A stretch of 61,391 nt of DNA, filler included, from Platydemus manokwari (GCA_037951405.1; 6 parts of 6 records of this genome joined end to end with filler, not necessarily neighbours in it); one strand, 5' to 3'; positions 24,700 through 37,850 are shown, counted from the whole stretch's first letter. Notes: generated from the letters alone by a model not told the origin. Numbers and translations: made by a program.

Positions 24700-26100
24700 T
24701 ACAGCAGAATGTATTTATGGGCTCCAATAAAATTCAAGGCGGCTAAGATTTTTTCACAAGTACTATATTCGCTTTGAACTGAAATCGATGAAAATTTTTT
24801 TGAAATTTGTCATTTGATGACCGGCTTGCTTATTAATATCGTTTTGTTCTTTTGTAACTCCATTATTAATCGATCATTTTGTCCTTGTCAGAATATGTTA
24901 TAATTATAAGATTTTTTTTTCATATAGTCTTAAATTATCGATTTTTACATCAGTTAATAATTTTGTAAGATTAATTGATTTGCTGTAGCTAGAAGTCTCC
25001 AATTTAAAGTTTACTAATATGCTTGGGTCGTAATGCCAACGACATCCACATCTGTCAATGAATGGTTCAGTTATAACTTAATTTTTAATTTCTCTTGTCC
25101 ATACGTCAATTGTCAGCATTGAATCGGGACATCCGAAATCCCAATAATGATTAATCCAAAATGTGGTTTTCCGCAAATATGGTTTATTCGATAGCAGATC
25201 ATTAATAATTACTTTTTCATTAAATTCGTTTAGAATAAAAGCTTTGGAGATAATTTTTTATAATGGGCAATATCGAAGAGTTCCTGGATTTCTACAATTG
25301 TGTACCCAAATTAAGTGAGTATAAGAAGAATAAACTTTCTAACTCCGATGGAATCATTGTTGCTACTATATAATTGATGTTAAACAAGATTTTGAAGTGA
25401 AAAATAATAAACTGCAGAACCGACGTTACATTTCCCGTTGTTTGTAATTTGGTGAATTCGTCCATTTCCAATATTTTTTTACATCGGTTGCCATGTACCA
25501 CAATAGTTTTGGAACTTTTCCATTTATAAATTTGTTGGTGTCTTTTCAACAACCAGGTAGACATCAGATATGGTTGATAGTACTGGAAAACGAGTGCTTG
25601 GATTAAGTGTTACCAATGTATTTTCAAAATTAGTTAACCAAACAGAAATCTTTTGACTAGCTATTAATACTAATTTATAACAAACTGGAATTTCATAGTT
25701 TTGTAAGACCTGTCGGCTTGGTTGAAAGAATAAACATTTTTCGGGTTGGGGTGTGCTAGCATAGTATACGACCTCTGGACGTCGGGATATAATCAGCATA
25801 CTATCTAAATACGCTTCATTGGATTTATGCATTAAATTCCCAGAAGTGACTTCGACAAGATTTTTTTCCTTAGTTGTTTTCCTATATCAATTTCTAACAA
25901 ACATTTAAATGGGCAGTCGTCCATTACAACTACAGTGTGTTGTATTATTTTTCCTGTCATTTCAATATTTACCATAGTTCTTTCTATCATTTGTGGTGTC
26001 GACTCTGCAATTGTTTTTATACTTTCTTCTCTCCAAACTACGTTATAATCTTAATAGGTTTCCTGAGTCTTCCCAATTTGGTACTGGTATCCCTGAACTC
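24700..26100 (-). mobile_element. Deleted and decayed Ty3/Gypsy pol (PR-RT-RH-IN)
   Basis: In order on the minus strand: protease GKIIQHTVVVMDDCPFKCLLEIDI; RT AYLDSMLIIS...PEKCLFFQ; RNase H-like MEKFQNY; integrase WINHYWDFGCPDSMLT. This domain order is Gypsy-type. Confidence 0.65.
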
Positions 26101-27725
26101 GTCATTATATTTCAGTGGGTTACATATGTATGTGTCTTTTAACAAAAATGAATATTGTAGTCCAATTTATTAGTGAAATACTTTGACAGCTTATAACCTC
26201 TTTTCACAGACAGTTTTATTGGAATGACAAATTAAATGCTGCTTCTTGAATTTCATATATGGAGTTATTTTTGTGTAAATTAACTAGTTCTTATTCCACA
26301 TTTTCATTAATAATTCTTTGCTCACAATGAACCTCAACATTGATTTTACATGTTTTTCAAGAAATATATCCATAATTCAACAAATATTCATCATTATCTA
26401 AATTTTACCATAACATGATAAATCATTGCTGCTTCGTTTCTCAATTTTTCTGAAATCTTTCTTCTAATTCTCTTTACCTTTGTACACCAATGATATTTAA
26501 AGTTCTCTTTAAACTGCTTTCAAAAGGAGGTAGATTTAAACCTTACTTTTTCTGCATTTTTCAAATTAGTGGGCTCAAATAAATGCAGTCGATGGTACAT
26601 ATGTTTATTTTAGGAAGACAAATACAAAAGAAGAACGTCTTAAAAATTCCTCACAACAATCAAGATTTGCACAAAATTATAAAAAATTAAGTAAGTATAA
26701 TTTATGTAAACATTTAAGCTAATTAAGTTAATCTATACTTGCTCAAAAGAGAATTCACACTTCAAAACATGCACACATTGCGGCACTAAAAAAAGTAGAA
26801 CTCATCAAAAGTAGCTTCGAAGAAACTATACCGAATACTTTAGCATACTAGACGTGATGAGATTGTAGAAATGAATGAATGTAGCATGAATAGATACCGT
26901 GCCGCAAAATTCTTGTTATCGACTGGGAAAAATTTCAGGCTCTTACAATACGGTATAAATTAATTCCTCCGATCTTCTATATTTGGCAAAAACTGCTCGG
27001 TCAAATTTTCGTCGAATGACTGGCTTACGAATTAGTGTTGGACTTTAACTTAATGAATAAAGCTCAAGTAGAGGAAATTTTAATTCTTAAAGTGTTTGTT
27101 TATAGAGTCACTTTTGCCCCTAGGTGTATGAGACTGTAATTGTTCGCGGCGTGAGACTTTTGACTTCTAATATTTCTTTAAAAGTTTGCAGTGGGTCTAT
27201 ATATATATAACTGGATTGAGGCTTAATACGTAACATGTGATTATGGATACTGAAGTCGAGATGTTTTTTGTAAGTTCACTGATTTGACTTTTTTATATCG
27301 CTGAAACTTATATTGATCTCGATGTTTAATGTTTGAATTGTTAGAGATTTTTATTATTGGTTTGATGGGCTGTGGACCAACGAAAAGTGATACAGAGATT
27401 ATGAGAGAGTTGTTTCATTGCATTGGCTAAGCTTAAGTTAAACTCTGTTTTCCGGCATTAATTAATGCCTAATATTTAAAATAAAAATAAATAATAATTT
27501 TTAAGGTAGAAATTAATTATGCAGTACATAAATTATAAAGGTTGAATTTAATAATTAATTCAAAATTGAAAATAATGATTGTCATCTATCAACGGAAATT
27601 GAAATAAATGAACTGCATGGTCAAAATAAGTATATAAAGAGTGCGATAACTCTTTATTTTTTAAAAATAAAGCTAGTAAAAGGTAATATAATTTTTTGTA
27701 AAGTACACCTTGCTAAAAGTGTATT

Positions 27726-28054
27726 TGTTAGGAACTAGAGTATCTTATATCACTAGAATAGCGTATTAGCAGTGTAGTAGTGTAATATTACCCAGGAGTA
27801 GATTCTTAGCTATGGTATTCACAAGAAGTACCGGGACTTAGTTTTTGTTTAATAAACTTGACTTTATCCGGACTTGTGTCCTGATAATATATTTCACTCA
27901 GTGTGCACCAGATTTAGAATAAGTCTCAAATTAAGTAGTAAGAATTGAGCCGTCAAGTTGGAGCAGTTCCAAATTTAACTTATATATTGAAATACAGAAT
28001 AGAAACGATTATTAACGACCGTGATTTGGACAGTGCAAAACTAGGTCCTCAACA
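27726..28054. mobile_element. Candidate solo LTR, 329 bp
   Basis: TG...CA ends with imperfect terminal inverted repeat TGTTAGGAACTAG / CTAGGTCCTCAACA; internal AATAAA at 27851; no TSD found. Confidence 0.4.
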
Positions 28055-29754
28055 CAACAAAGTTTATTTTAGTAGAATTTTATTATTGTTTTAAAATACA
28101 CGTTTATCAACTTCAAATGGAAAAAAGGCGCAAAACATTGTTTAAATATCTAATAAATTTATTCATTATATGAGCAATTTAATTAAAGTGATAAATTATA
28201 AATGAATTTATTAATTTTTAAATTAAAACAAAGAAACAAAACAGTACCATTCACGCACAATATATTGGAGGAGAACAGAGTGATAGACTGACCATAAAAC
28301 AAGCATAAGAAAAGGAAAACAGAGAATCAAATCAACCAAGCCAAACTGTATTAAATCTGTTCCCGTTTGAATTCAGGTACGTCATCAAGTAGAAAACATT
28401 GAGCGCTACCACAGCATCAGAAATAAACTGTCTAAGAGCCACGCGAATTTATCCAGTAGAAGAGCACTCACAACTTTTTGTCAAATGAGTATATCAGTCA
28501 TTAGTACCACACGACGATTACTATTCTATCTTAACTCCGAGCAATCTCAGCAAAATACAAATTTCCAGTACTGAACTTGAACCTCATAATTCACCAAACT
28601 ACCCAACAACAAATAGCTCAGGTTGAACATTCTGCGTAGAATTTTTGATTGTTCCACAATCGAGTGGATTCTAATCACAAGTGTTTTGAATTATTTATTA
28701 AATTTATTATTTTCCTTCATTTTACATATAATTTACACGGACTGAGTCATTATCTAAAGCTTTTTTTGAGACATTTATAAAGCATAAATTTGGTATAACA
28801 AACTACTAAAAATAAAATTTCTTAGCTAATAATTATTTAAAGTTTTGTTCGATTAATAAAACATAATAATCGTCCAAGCTATGAGCCCGAAGTAATTATA
28901 GAATATGTTATAAAATGAAAGCATACGAAATATAAAAAAAACACGTTAAAACCAAATAACTTTTGTTATGATGATATGATGATTAAAATTTAAAATATTA
29001 CTGAATATAATTGGACTTGGCTTGGGTCCGAATTCATCAATGATTGAATTACTACACCCGAGGATTTCAAGTTATGACCGATAATTATAAATATAAAACA
29101 CAAAGATACCGCACTATCGATTAACTACCTGCTGGAGTGGGCAAAGCTTCATTAAGCAATACCATGTAACCATGACAATCGAAAGGCGAAAATTGGATAA
29201 TTCATTACGTTTTATAGACTTTTAACAATAATTTATCATTAAATAATAAAATTCTTTCAAAAATCCCAGTAATTATTACTTAATATCAACAATAAATTCC
29301 TTTATCAATTACTTTTCCAATACATAAGGAGAAAATAAATTTAATAAAAATACGCTAAATTCATTAACTGTCGAGAAACACTAGGAATAAATAACATAGA
29401 TCAACACGAGATCGTAAAATGAGAATTTTATGCAGCAACCACGACATTTTTTCTACGTCCATGTTTATTATCAAGCGTCGTTTAAGAACATAAATTAATT
29501 TACTCCATGGGGATTTATCAGTGACAAAATCAAACACTTGAAAAGTTGGTGATTATACAAAAAATTTTAAAGCGATTCAGTAGGTTTTGAAAAACAAATC
29601 AGTTCAATGATTATTTGAAAAAATAACCCGTAAAATGATGAGGTTTGGAAAAAAAATTGAATATTTTTTCCTTCTATATTTTGATCGATGTTTTTTCTCA
29701 GTAATTCCTAAGATTTTCCACAACATTCTGTAAAGAAATTTACAAAATCAACAG

Positions 29755-29850
29755 AAACAAGGCCAAAGTATTAGAAAAAATATTGAATGCAAAAAAAGCA
29801 TTAAAATACTAGAATGGAGTAATTATTTTCCAAATATTATTACGATTTCA
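29755..29850 (+). mobile_element. Possible Tc1-like transposase fragment
   Basis: KAKVLEKIL...IKILEWSNYFPNIITI resembles H.AK.V...L....I.VLEWP..SPDLNPIE. Confidence 0.3.
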
Positions 29851-30294
29851 AGCAAATTCAAATAAATAAATCCATCCTCAGCTTTGTGGTTTACTGGAGA
29901 AATTAATTCGAAAATTGTCAAAATTGTATGCAAATAAGACCTAGTATTAGGACTATATTATTTTTTATGATTAAATTTCATTAAAATCTTTGAATGTATT
30001 CCGCGTATTTATCTTTACTACAATAATTATTAAGACAGCTACAAAAGTTTCTGGTAAATAAAATCGATAATTACTTTCACAGACAACAATTTCTTGAGAC
30101 AGAGGTAGAGGCTTGAAAAGTGGATATTCGCAAAAGATGGTGAACCGCTAGTGTGCTATATACATAATTTATTAACTACAATGCTAAACATCAATCATGA
30201 ATAGCACGTAAAACAACAATAAATAAATAAATTATTGATAGACAATTTACCAGGATTTTTAATGTTTTTTATAATTTTGTTTAGTGTTCTAGTT

Positions 30295-30530
30295 CGGCTG
30301 GGAGCTTAAGTCTCTTGTAAAAATATCCGCAATGTCTCTTTGACGAAGTACAATTACTATGATGGTTTATCGAAGCTTGAGATACGGTTTTTATAAATGT
30401 CAGCTGACTGAATCGGCTCTGTACTTATATGTTGAATTGTTTGTCGAGTTTCCTTTATCATAACACTGTCTCGCTATTTTACTAATAGTCACCCGAAATG
30501 TTCCAAAATGATGTCCGATTTTTCACGCTT
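30295..30530 (-). mobile_element. Possible Ty1/Copia RNase H C-terminal remnant
   Basis: IQHISTEPIQSADIY and DIADIFTRDL resemble the Copia I.T..Q.ADIFTK.L motif. Confidence 0.4.
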
Positions 30531-31338
30531 GTTTCTATTGATTAGGAAATTATTCCACCCAATTATTATTTATCGTATTTGAACTTATTAATTACTGTTA
30601 AATATATTTTTATTACTTTCAATATATTATTTTTACATATGTTAGATTAGGAACACTAAAATGTAATTTTTTATCGATAAACTCTGTATCTGTTGCAATA
30701 CTTTGTGCGATTATTCTGACAATCAGACTTTAGTAGTCGATAATTTATATTGTTATCTTTTGGGTGCTGATTCTCGTTGCGATCTGATATTTGAATTTGT
30801 CTTTTTGAGTGATTTCCAGCTGCTCTTTTCAGTGTAATGCATTTGACAATTTTATTTAAAGTGCACAAACTGTCATCTTGCAATTACAACTTAGAATATT
30901 TAGCACTAGTGATTAATCTATCAATATCAATACTCAATAATGTCAAAAATTTTACTTTTTGCACCTATAATCAAAATCCATCACGGTTTGAAAAATAAAA
31001 ATATCATAGAATTAAAGTGTGATATATTTATTGAAAATTAGAGCGATGCTTTCTTAATGACTCATTCCTATAAAAATTAATTAGCTTTAAACAAAAATAT
31101 TAATCTAAAGAAAATTTTTAAAATATACAAATCACTTACCCATTTCAATACAGCGGGGATATATAAATCCCAGCGAATGTTCAAAAATTACTGATGTGAA
31201 AAATATTCGCATTAAACTACTGCAGGGACATATGTGTTCCAAGGCATTTTTTCAAAAAACTATATTTTCTAAAAATCTGAAATTATGTAAATATGTTCCT
31301 TTATTTATTTGCAGCACATATAGTTCAGTTATACAAAA

Positions 31339-31438
31339 NNNNNNNNNNNNNNNNNNNNNNNNNNNNNNNNNNNNNNNNNNNNTTAATTAATTAANNNNNN
31401 NNNNNNNNNNNNNNNNNNNNNNNNNNNNNNNNNNNNNN
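31339..31438. other. Artificial contig spacer
   Basis: N44 + TTAATTAATTAA + N44. Confidence 0.97.
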
Positions 31439-32419
31439 AAAATGATGGACTGTACTTCGAGGAATAATATGTTCAGCGTTATAACAATTTGTGTTAATAA
31501 AATACCTGCATAAAACATGAATAACTTTTGACTCAACCTGGTATATCTGCAATAAACGGGGTCACATAATCTGAAATTGCGCAGATTTAATAAGGACATC
31601 ATGATAAAGAATGTTATATCGATTTGTAAAGGAGTACACTCTACAAACATGAATAACAAGAACGCACTCAAATGAGACAAGTCAGAGGTGTCGGAAGTTC
31701 TACTAATAAGAAACTTCAAAAGACAATTCAACGATTTTGTGAAACCGCTGAATTACAGGAATAGATAACCAGTCGCGGTAGTTCACCCAGAAACCGTCGA
31801 ATTAGATGATGAAAACTGCTTTGAGTAGCTATACCGCAAAGCTCTGACCTCAGAAGAGTCGGTCGTAGCAATGCACTAAACAATGATGTCGATCTTGATC
31901 ATGATACAGTGGTAAAAGTAGTTATTTTAGTATTTATAATGTAAGTAAAGCGTACAATAATATAATAATAAGTTACCAAAATATCATATATATTGTAAAT
32001 TGTAAGAAAAAGAATAAAAAAACATGCAATTACAACAAAAACTGATGACCCTGTGATAAGTGGTACTAAATATAAATAAAAAAATAAGAGTTTGTCAAAA
32101 AAATAGTTCAAAAACCGACTTATTAAGTGATGGGTGGAGGACGATATCGAATACTGATGAGTAGAATGTATTAAAAAACCTATCTATCACTGCACAAAGG
32201 GTTCAATCAACGAACCATAATCATAATCCAATATTGAAACAAAGGATTGGGTAATGTCTCTACTTATAGTTAGCACTAGAACCTGGATATTTTATTAGTT
32301 ATTATTTATAAATTGCCGACATATTCGAATCCATAACCGAGGAACAAGCTAAAGAAATATATTTTTATTTCAGAATCTAACAAATCACAATATTAAAAGT
32401 GAAGACAGACATGAAACCG

Positions 32420-35402
32420 TTAGTGTACATTAAATGAATAACGATCATTATCATCCAAGGACCTTATTTTATTTAAAATTTCCTCCGGACTTTGATTTGC
32501 TTCGTTATCGTGTTGTGTTTTTTGTAGTTTTCGTAATCTTTGTTTGTTTTTTCTTGTTAAATCATCGATATTGAGACTAGTATTTGAACCGAATTCATTG
32601 TTTCCCTTGAACGGTTTTGGCGATTGTGGTTTCATAAAAGGATATTCATTGTCGGAAACAAACGATAAACTGCTCTTCAAAGGAAATTCCCGGCTCTGAT
32701 TAAATAAGATAAAATTCGTATCTGATTGCAATTGATTGGACATTTGAGATTGCGGCCGCAAACCCAGATCACGTGGATTCATTTTCTCCATACCCAATTC
32801 AAAGGGACTGAAATCGTTCTGATTCATACGCTGTAAAACCTTTTCCTGTTGTTTCAAATGTTCATCCAAATATGCTTCGGTATTCAAACGAGCTTTTTGC
32901 ATATCGTTTTGTTTCGTTTTGGGAATGCCACGACGAACCGATAAAGGGCCTTTATTGTTCAAAACCGACTGAAAGATAGTTGTATTGTAATCTGCTGCGT
33001 TTTGATTGGTTAAATTTTTATTTGCGCCTAATCTAGGATCGAATATTTCCACCTCATCGTTTTGTCGAGCCAATTCTTTTTCCACTTGAGCAGCTCGATT
33101 TTTTATTTCGTTTCTCAGAATATTCAGTTTATTTGTGATTTCACTGTTTTCTCTGACGATATTCAATGGGGTTCTCTGTCTGACAACAACCGGAGATTTG
33201 GGCTTTGGACTCTCGCGATATTGATAAGGACTGAGAGGCGGTCGATAAAAATCATTGATTTCTTCTTTAACCATTTCCTTCTCCGATTCTTCAATTTTTC
33301 TATTTTTTTTCTCTTTGGCTATGATCCGACTCTCCTCCAATCGTTGAGTTCTTTCGATTTCTTTCTGTGTCTGAATTTTCCGCTCATTTTCCATTTCCAA
33401 TTGGATCTGTTTTCGTTCCTTTTCCAATTTGTCCAATTCTTTCGCTTCTCGAATTCGTTCATTTTCCTTCTCGATTTCTTTCTGACGTCTTTTGATATCG
33501 ATTTGCGTTTGCAATTCCTCTTTGTATTTTTCATTTCTCATTTTGGCTTCCTCGCTCAAAGCCTGTCCAAATATTCCATGACCACCACGGGCAAAGGTCT
33601 TGGAATCGGTTTGATCTGTCGATGGTATTGGCGGTTTGATTGGGTCGCTGAAATATTCGGCTTTCTGTCGATACGATGACGGTGGAATGGTGATATTGGT
33701 GTTGAATTGGAAATTTCTCAAATCCGCTACCGTTTCTCCTCGACCGTCCTTCAACGGTGCTCCGCCACCACCACGACCGAACGGATCGTAGTTTTGAATT
33801 TCTTCGTTTTTTCTTCTCTCATATTCTTCTTGTTTCTTTTTGTCGATTTCTTTGCGGAGCTTTCGTTCTTCGATTTGTTTCTTCAATTCTTCGCCGTAAT
33901 TGAACTTGTCCACCGTTTGATTCTTTGGTTGGTTGGGATCGGTTCTGGCGGTCAGATTCAAATACGAACTCGAATAGGTCGTATTGTCGATGGGTTTCAT
34001 TGGATGATTGTTGGTATTGAGATGAAAAGACGACGGAACGTAAGGATTGGATTCGAAGCCGTCCAAAGGATTGCGAGACGCGTAGTAGAAATAATCATTA
34101 TCGATCGTATTCTGCGATCCTTCCAAGCGAGCACTCTCCGACTTCCTATTGGTCGCCATTCCGTCCTTTCTCTCTCCATTCCGACGACCAAATCTATCGA
34201 AGAACGAAATATCTTCATTACTTCGGAAGTCGACCTTTTTCGAAAGATTCAATTTCTCTTTCATTTGATTCTGTAAATCTCGACGATATTGTTCCTGCTT
34301 CTTTCGTTTAACGGTTTCCTCATCCATTCTACCCAATGGAATGATGGACTGGTGATTAATCTCGCCATGTTGACCATCGATCGATCCTGGTAAATGTTTG
34401 TCAAGGCTTTCACCCTCCAAAATGCTTTCATCATCCAAAATCGAGTGGATCTTTTTCGAAGCCGGTGCCGATCGAAACGTTTTCATGATTCGCATCTTTG
34501 ATTCGTCGTATTTGTGATCGATTTCTTTCAATTGGTTTTCCGTTTCTTCAAACGATCTCCATGGTGATTTGCCCAGCACCGGTCTTTCATAGAGATTGGT
34601 TTTGATGATTGGATGGACATTGGATGTCGATTGATCATGTCGATCCATCACGTTGAGATCGTGGATTTTGAATTTGCGCAATTCATCGACTTTCTTCTCC
34701 AAAATATCCAATTTGTTTTCGAATATTTTCTTGGGATCTCGAGGTGACAGGTTGTCAGGTGTTATCGAGGATGTGGTGATGATTGGCATTCGGGCTTCTG
34801 ACGACGGAAAATGTTGATTTTTCGTTGGAATCATTTCGGCCGTTATTGGATTTCGTTGGAAAAATGAATCGGTTTCTGGTGGACTTTCAAATCTAGCTCG
34901 GTTTTTCTTGTCACTGAATCGATTGCGAAAATTTTCCTCTTCGACTTTTTTGAATTCATTATATTCTTGGTTTCGTAAATGTTCTTTTCGTTTGGTAGCG
35001 GAATTCGAATAACCTAATCCCGGCAACAAGCCTTCGGTATCGTTTTTTGCGCTTATTTTATCTCTTCTGGGAGATGTATCAACATGTTTGTTGTATTCAA
35101 TGACATTGGTAAAATCATTTCTCAATTCTTGTTTGTATCTATTTTTCATATTTTCACCTTCTTTCATTTTGAAAATAAAATTGTCATCATCAGAATGATC
35201 TAATGTTTTGATAAAATTTTTAGAAAATACTTTAAAACTTACTGATTTTTGATTCCGTAAAATAATTTTTGGAGTTTGGTCTCTCGATTTTGTAATCTGA
35301 ATTAGATCTCTTATAGGAGAGATTTTGATTGGAAAGATATTGTCTTTCGGTAGCTATTTTTGATTTTTGATCTCTTATAAAATTATCAATATCAACGCTC
35401 AT
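32420..35402 (-). CDS. CSPP1: Centrosome and spindle pole-associated protein 1 orthologue; exons 35402-35243 and 35199-32420, about 979 aa (alternative in-frame ATG at 35408)
   Basis: Exon 1 MSVDIDNFIRDQKSKIATER matches the CSPP1 N-terminus (LDEFIEEQKARL). A 43-bp GTAAGT...TAG intron (35242-35200) joins it in frame. Signature YDPFGRGGGGAPLKDGRG..ADL, FARGG, repeated Y..EL..QI.EK coiled coils, C-terminal LQSDTNF and RKNKQRLRKL. AATAAA follows the stop (32364-32369). Confidence 0.92.
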
Positions 35403-35460
35403 ATTCATAACATGAAAACTTAAAATTTTTAAAAATTATAATTTAAATTTTAAAAGTGTA

Positions 35461-35473
35461 ATTGCTTGGTAAA
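35461..35473. promoter_or_regulatory. Imperfect RFX X-box-like site upstream of CSPP1
   Basis: ATTGCTTGGTAAA versus GTTGCYNGGYAAC (both terminal bases mismatch), about 60 bp 5' of the ATG of a ciliary gene. Confidence 0.25.
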
Positions 35474-36929
35474 GACATTAATTTCAGACTTTTTTTCAAA
35501 TTAATACTATTGTCATTAGTGATACAAAATTAAAAATTATATTTTTAAACAAAACATATTTTATAAAATTCAAACTTGGAACATTGATTAATATTTTAAT
35601 TATTAATTACTAAATAAAAATATGTAGAGATTACTCGTTAATTTTTTTATTGTGTGAGAGATTAAATAGTTCTTGCTATCGTTTTCAAACTCTTAAAATT
35701 TAAAGCATCTATTAAAGAGAGTTGTTGCAAAAGAAAATTTATAATTTAATAAACCAAATTTTATTTGGTATTTTTGTTTTTGATATTTTCACATGCGATA
35801 CTGATCAGTTTGTTGTGAATTCGATTATCAGTATATATTTTAAAATAAATTTAGACAGTCAATTTCTGATTTCATTTTCCTTAAGTTTAGACAGTTAATT
35901 TCGTGTTAATAAATTATTCCACAAATCCGACATCAAAATTGGTTGCGTGTAATAAACTTAGATTAGATTTAGGTATGACAAGTAAGGAATAAATGTAATT
36001 AAAAGTAAAGCTTTTCAATTAATTATATTGTATTTCTCTTTGTAATCACTAAATCAACTATTGTCAAATGGATATTAAACAATATGCATAACGAAAATAT
36101 CAACAATAAATTAAAGCAACTCAGTACAAGTACCAGTTTGATTGACCACAATGAAAAAATTCGAATAACAAACAAATAATGTTTTCTGAATCGGTATTGA
36201 TTTTAAAGACGAGAGTGGACTACCTCTCCAATTGCAAGAGATCCTTCGTTGACGAAATAAAAGAATATTATAAATTTTATAATATTATTTGATTCTATTA
36301 TGTCCAATTCAAGGACACTGAAGCATTGTGCATATTTGTTTAAATATGAGATTCTGTTAAATTATTTTTTTTTACAAATTCCCTTCCCAATATATTTCAA
36401 AGTTTATCAATAGAGTTCATTGCAAAAACTAGCCTATTCAATTCCCCTCTGAATCACCTTAATATTATACAAACTATTAGCAGTTCAGTTTACCTCTCAA
36501 TATTTCGTCTCTATTCACCATAATTTTAAATTTTATTGTCAATTAGAACTACGGGTCTCATCAAGAGGGTGGTAGAATTATTTATTGGCTGTTCGAAAAT
36601 GTTTATTTCAAATTCGTAATCAACCTAAAAATTCAATTCAAATTTCTTTCTGAGTGACTATGTAAAGCGTCCGATATTTACAATATGCAAAAAAAACTTA
36701 ATTTTTAGTTATTCCATTTTGACAAAATCATCAGTTATGCTAGTTCTAACAAAATAAATCGATTCTATTTGCTTTATCATAATTACCTCATTATTTTTTA
36801 TTATTCTAAATATTTTAATTGTAAATTATTATGAATACATTATTACAAATCATATATTGTTATTATTTTATATAATAGAAATATTTATTCATAAACACTG
36901 CTAGTCGAGATACCCATACATTAAATGTG

Positions 36930-37600
36930 AGAAGTACATAGTTCTTCCCTTCGATAGTTCCACGAAGCACAGTTCGCTAGTTTAATCATACAATCAATTC
37001 AACGTTTCAATCAATTCTGTCTGTGCCTTCCAGTCGCTAATGTGTGGATTATCCTCTTTCACTATTTTTAAAGTTAATTTTAATGCTGTCCTCTTTTCTA
37101 TGTGGGACCTCCATTACAGATAGGTCGCCTTTATATTCGCCCTTACGCAAGCGAGAGCTTTTTTAGTTATCATTTTCTTATCCATCTCTTGTTTCTTTAG
37201 GACTGTGTTCTTGGTCTGTGTTTGCCAAGTCCCGAGAACCTCTACATCAAAAGTTAATATTTCCACAATCCAGTCTGGTCGCTTTTTATGGCTTTCGGAG
37301 GTTCGAGTATTTTTCTATCTTTTTGTGTATTGTTTCGACAATAACGCCAGTTCGTCAATTTTACATAGATTAAGACGATTGTGGATTTTCGATCTTTTAT
37401 TATTCCGAGGATTGGCATTCTTTCTCTACAAAGACTCTAATCCATATTGTTAACAATTCCCTTGATTAGAATTTCTATGATTCTTTCTATGGAGCATTTT
37501 TATGGAGTATTTCTATGGAGCACAAAAGACTCTGATGGTTTGCAGCAGATGAAAACGTGTGTTTACGATTCCTCTGCATATAAGCATTTTCTTTCAGAGC
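36930..37600 (-). mobile_element. Decayed LTR-retrotransposon gag/protease-like remnant
   Basis: RIIEILIKGIVNN (gag-like), a broken knuckle-like segment, then LRGTIEGKNYVLL (protease N-terminus-like); lies just 3' of the repeat at 37609-37850. Confidence 0.35.
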
Positions 37601-37608
37601 GTCGGCTG

Positions 37609-37850
37609 TTAACTAACAATAAAAACTGAAAATTATAATTTTAACTATCATAACACAAGGTCAATTTATGAACAGATACAGTTAAAATCTTATCACAAGT
37701 CAATAAAAAATTATCATACAGGACGCGATCAGCACCTGAAAATCAAACAGAGAATAGAAAACAACCAAAAAGACTGGTTGCTGAAAATCACTAAAAAGTC
37801 AATATTCAAAGACGGGTTACCGACCAAACAAGACTGCTAGCTACTCATAG
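37609..37850. repeat. Dispersed non-coding repeat, copy 1 (copy 2 at 54800-55044)
   Basis: TAACAATAAAAACTGAAAATTATAA...TCAAACAGAGAATAGAAAACAACCAAAAAGACTGGTTGCTG aligns collinearly with copy 2. Confidence 0.85.

Noticed and set aside
28520-28560. ILTPSNLS resembling ILQPSNLN at about 38165-38190
   Set aside because: Only a 12-nt match; flanks do not align convincingly.
31149-31338. TA-CAGCGGGG as a Tc1-like end (also TA-CAGAGTG at 22387)
   Set aside because: No partner TIR or transposase visible.
32042-32190. Two CTGATGA motifs as hammerhead ribozyme cores
   Set aside because: No correctly placed GAAA or stems I and III.
33062-34276. 205-aa and 189-aa antisense ORFs and alternate-frame ORFs in CSPP1
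   Set aside because: Phe-rich shadows of Lys/Glu coiled-coil codons in a TA-poor region.
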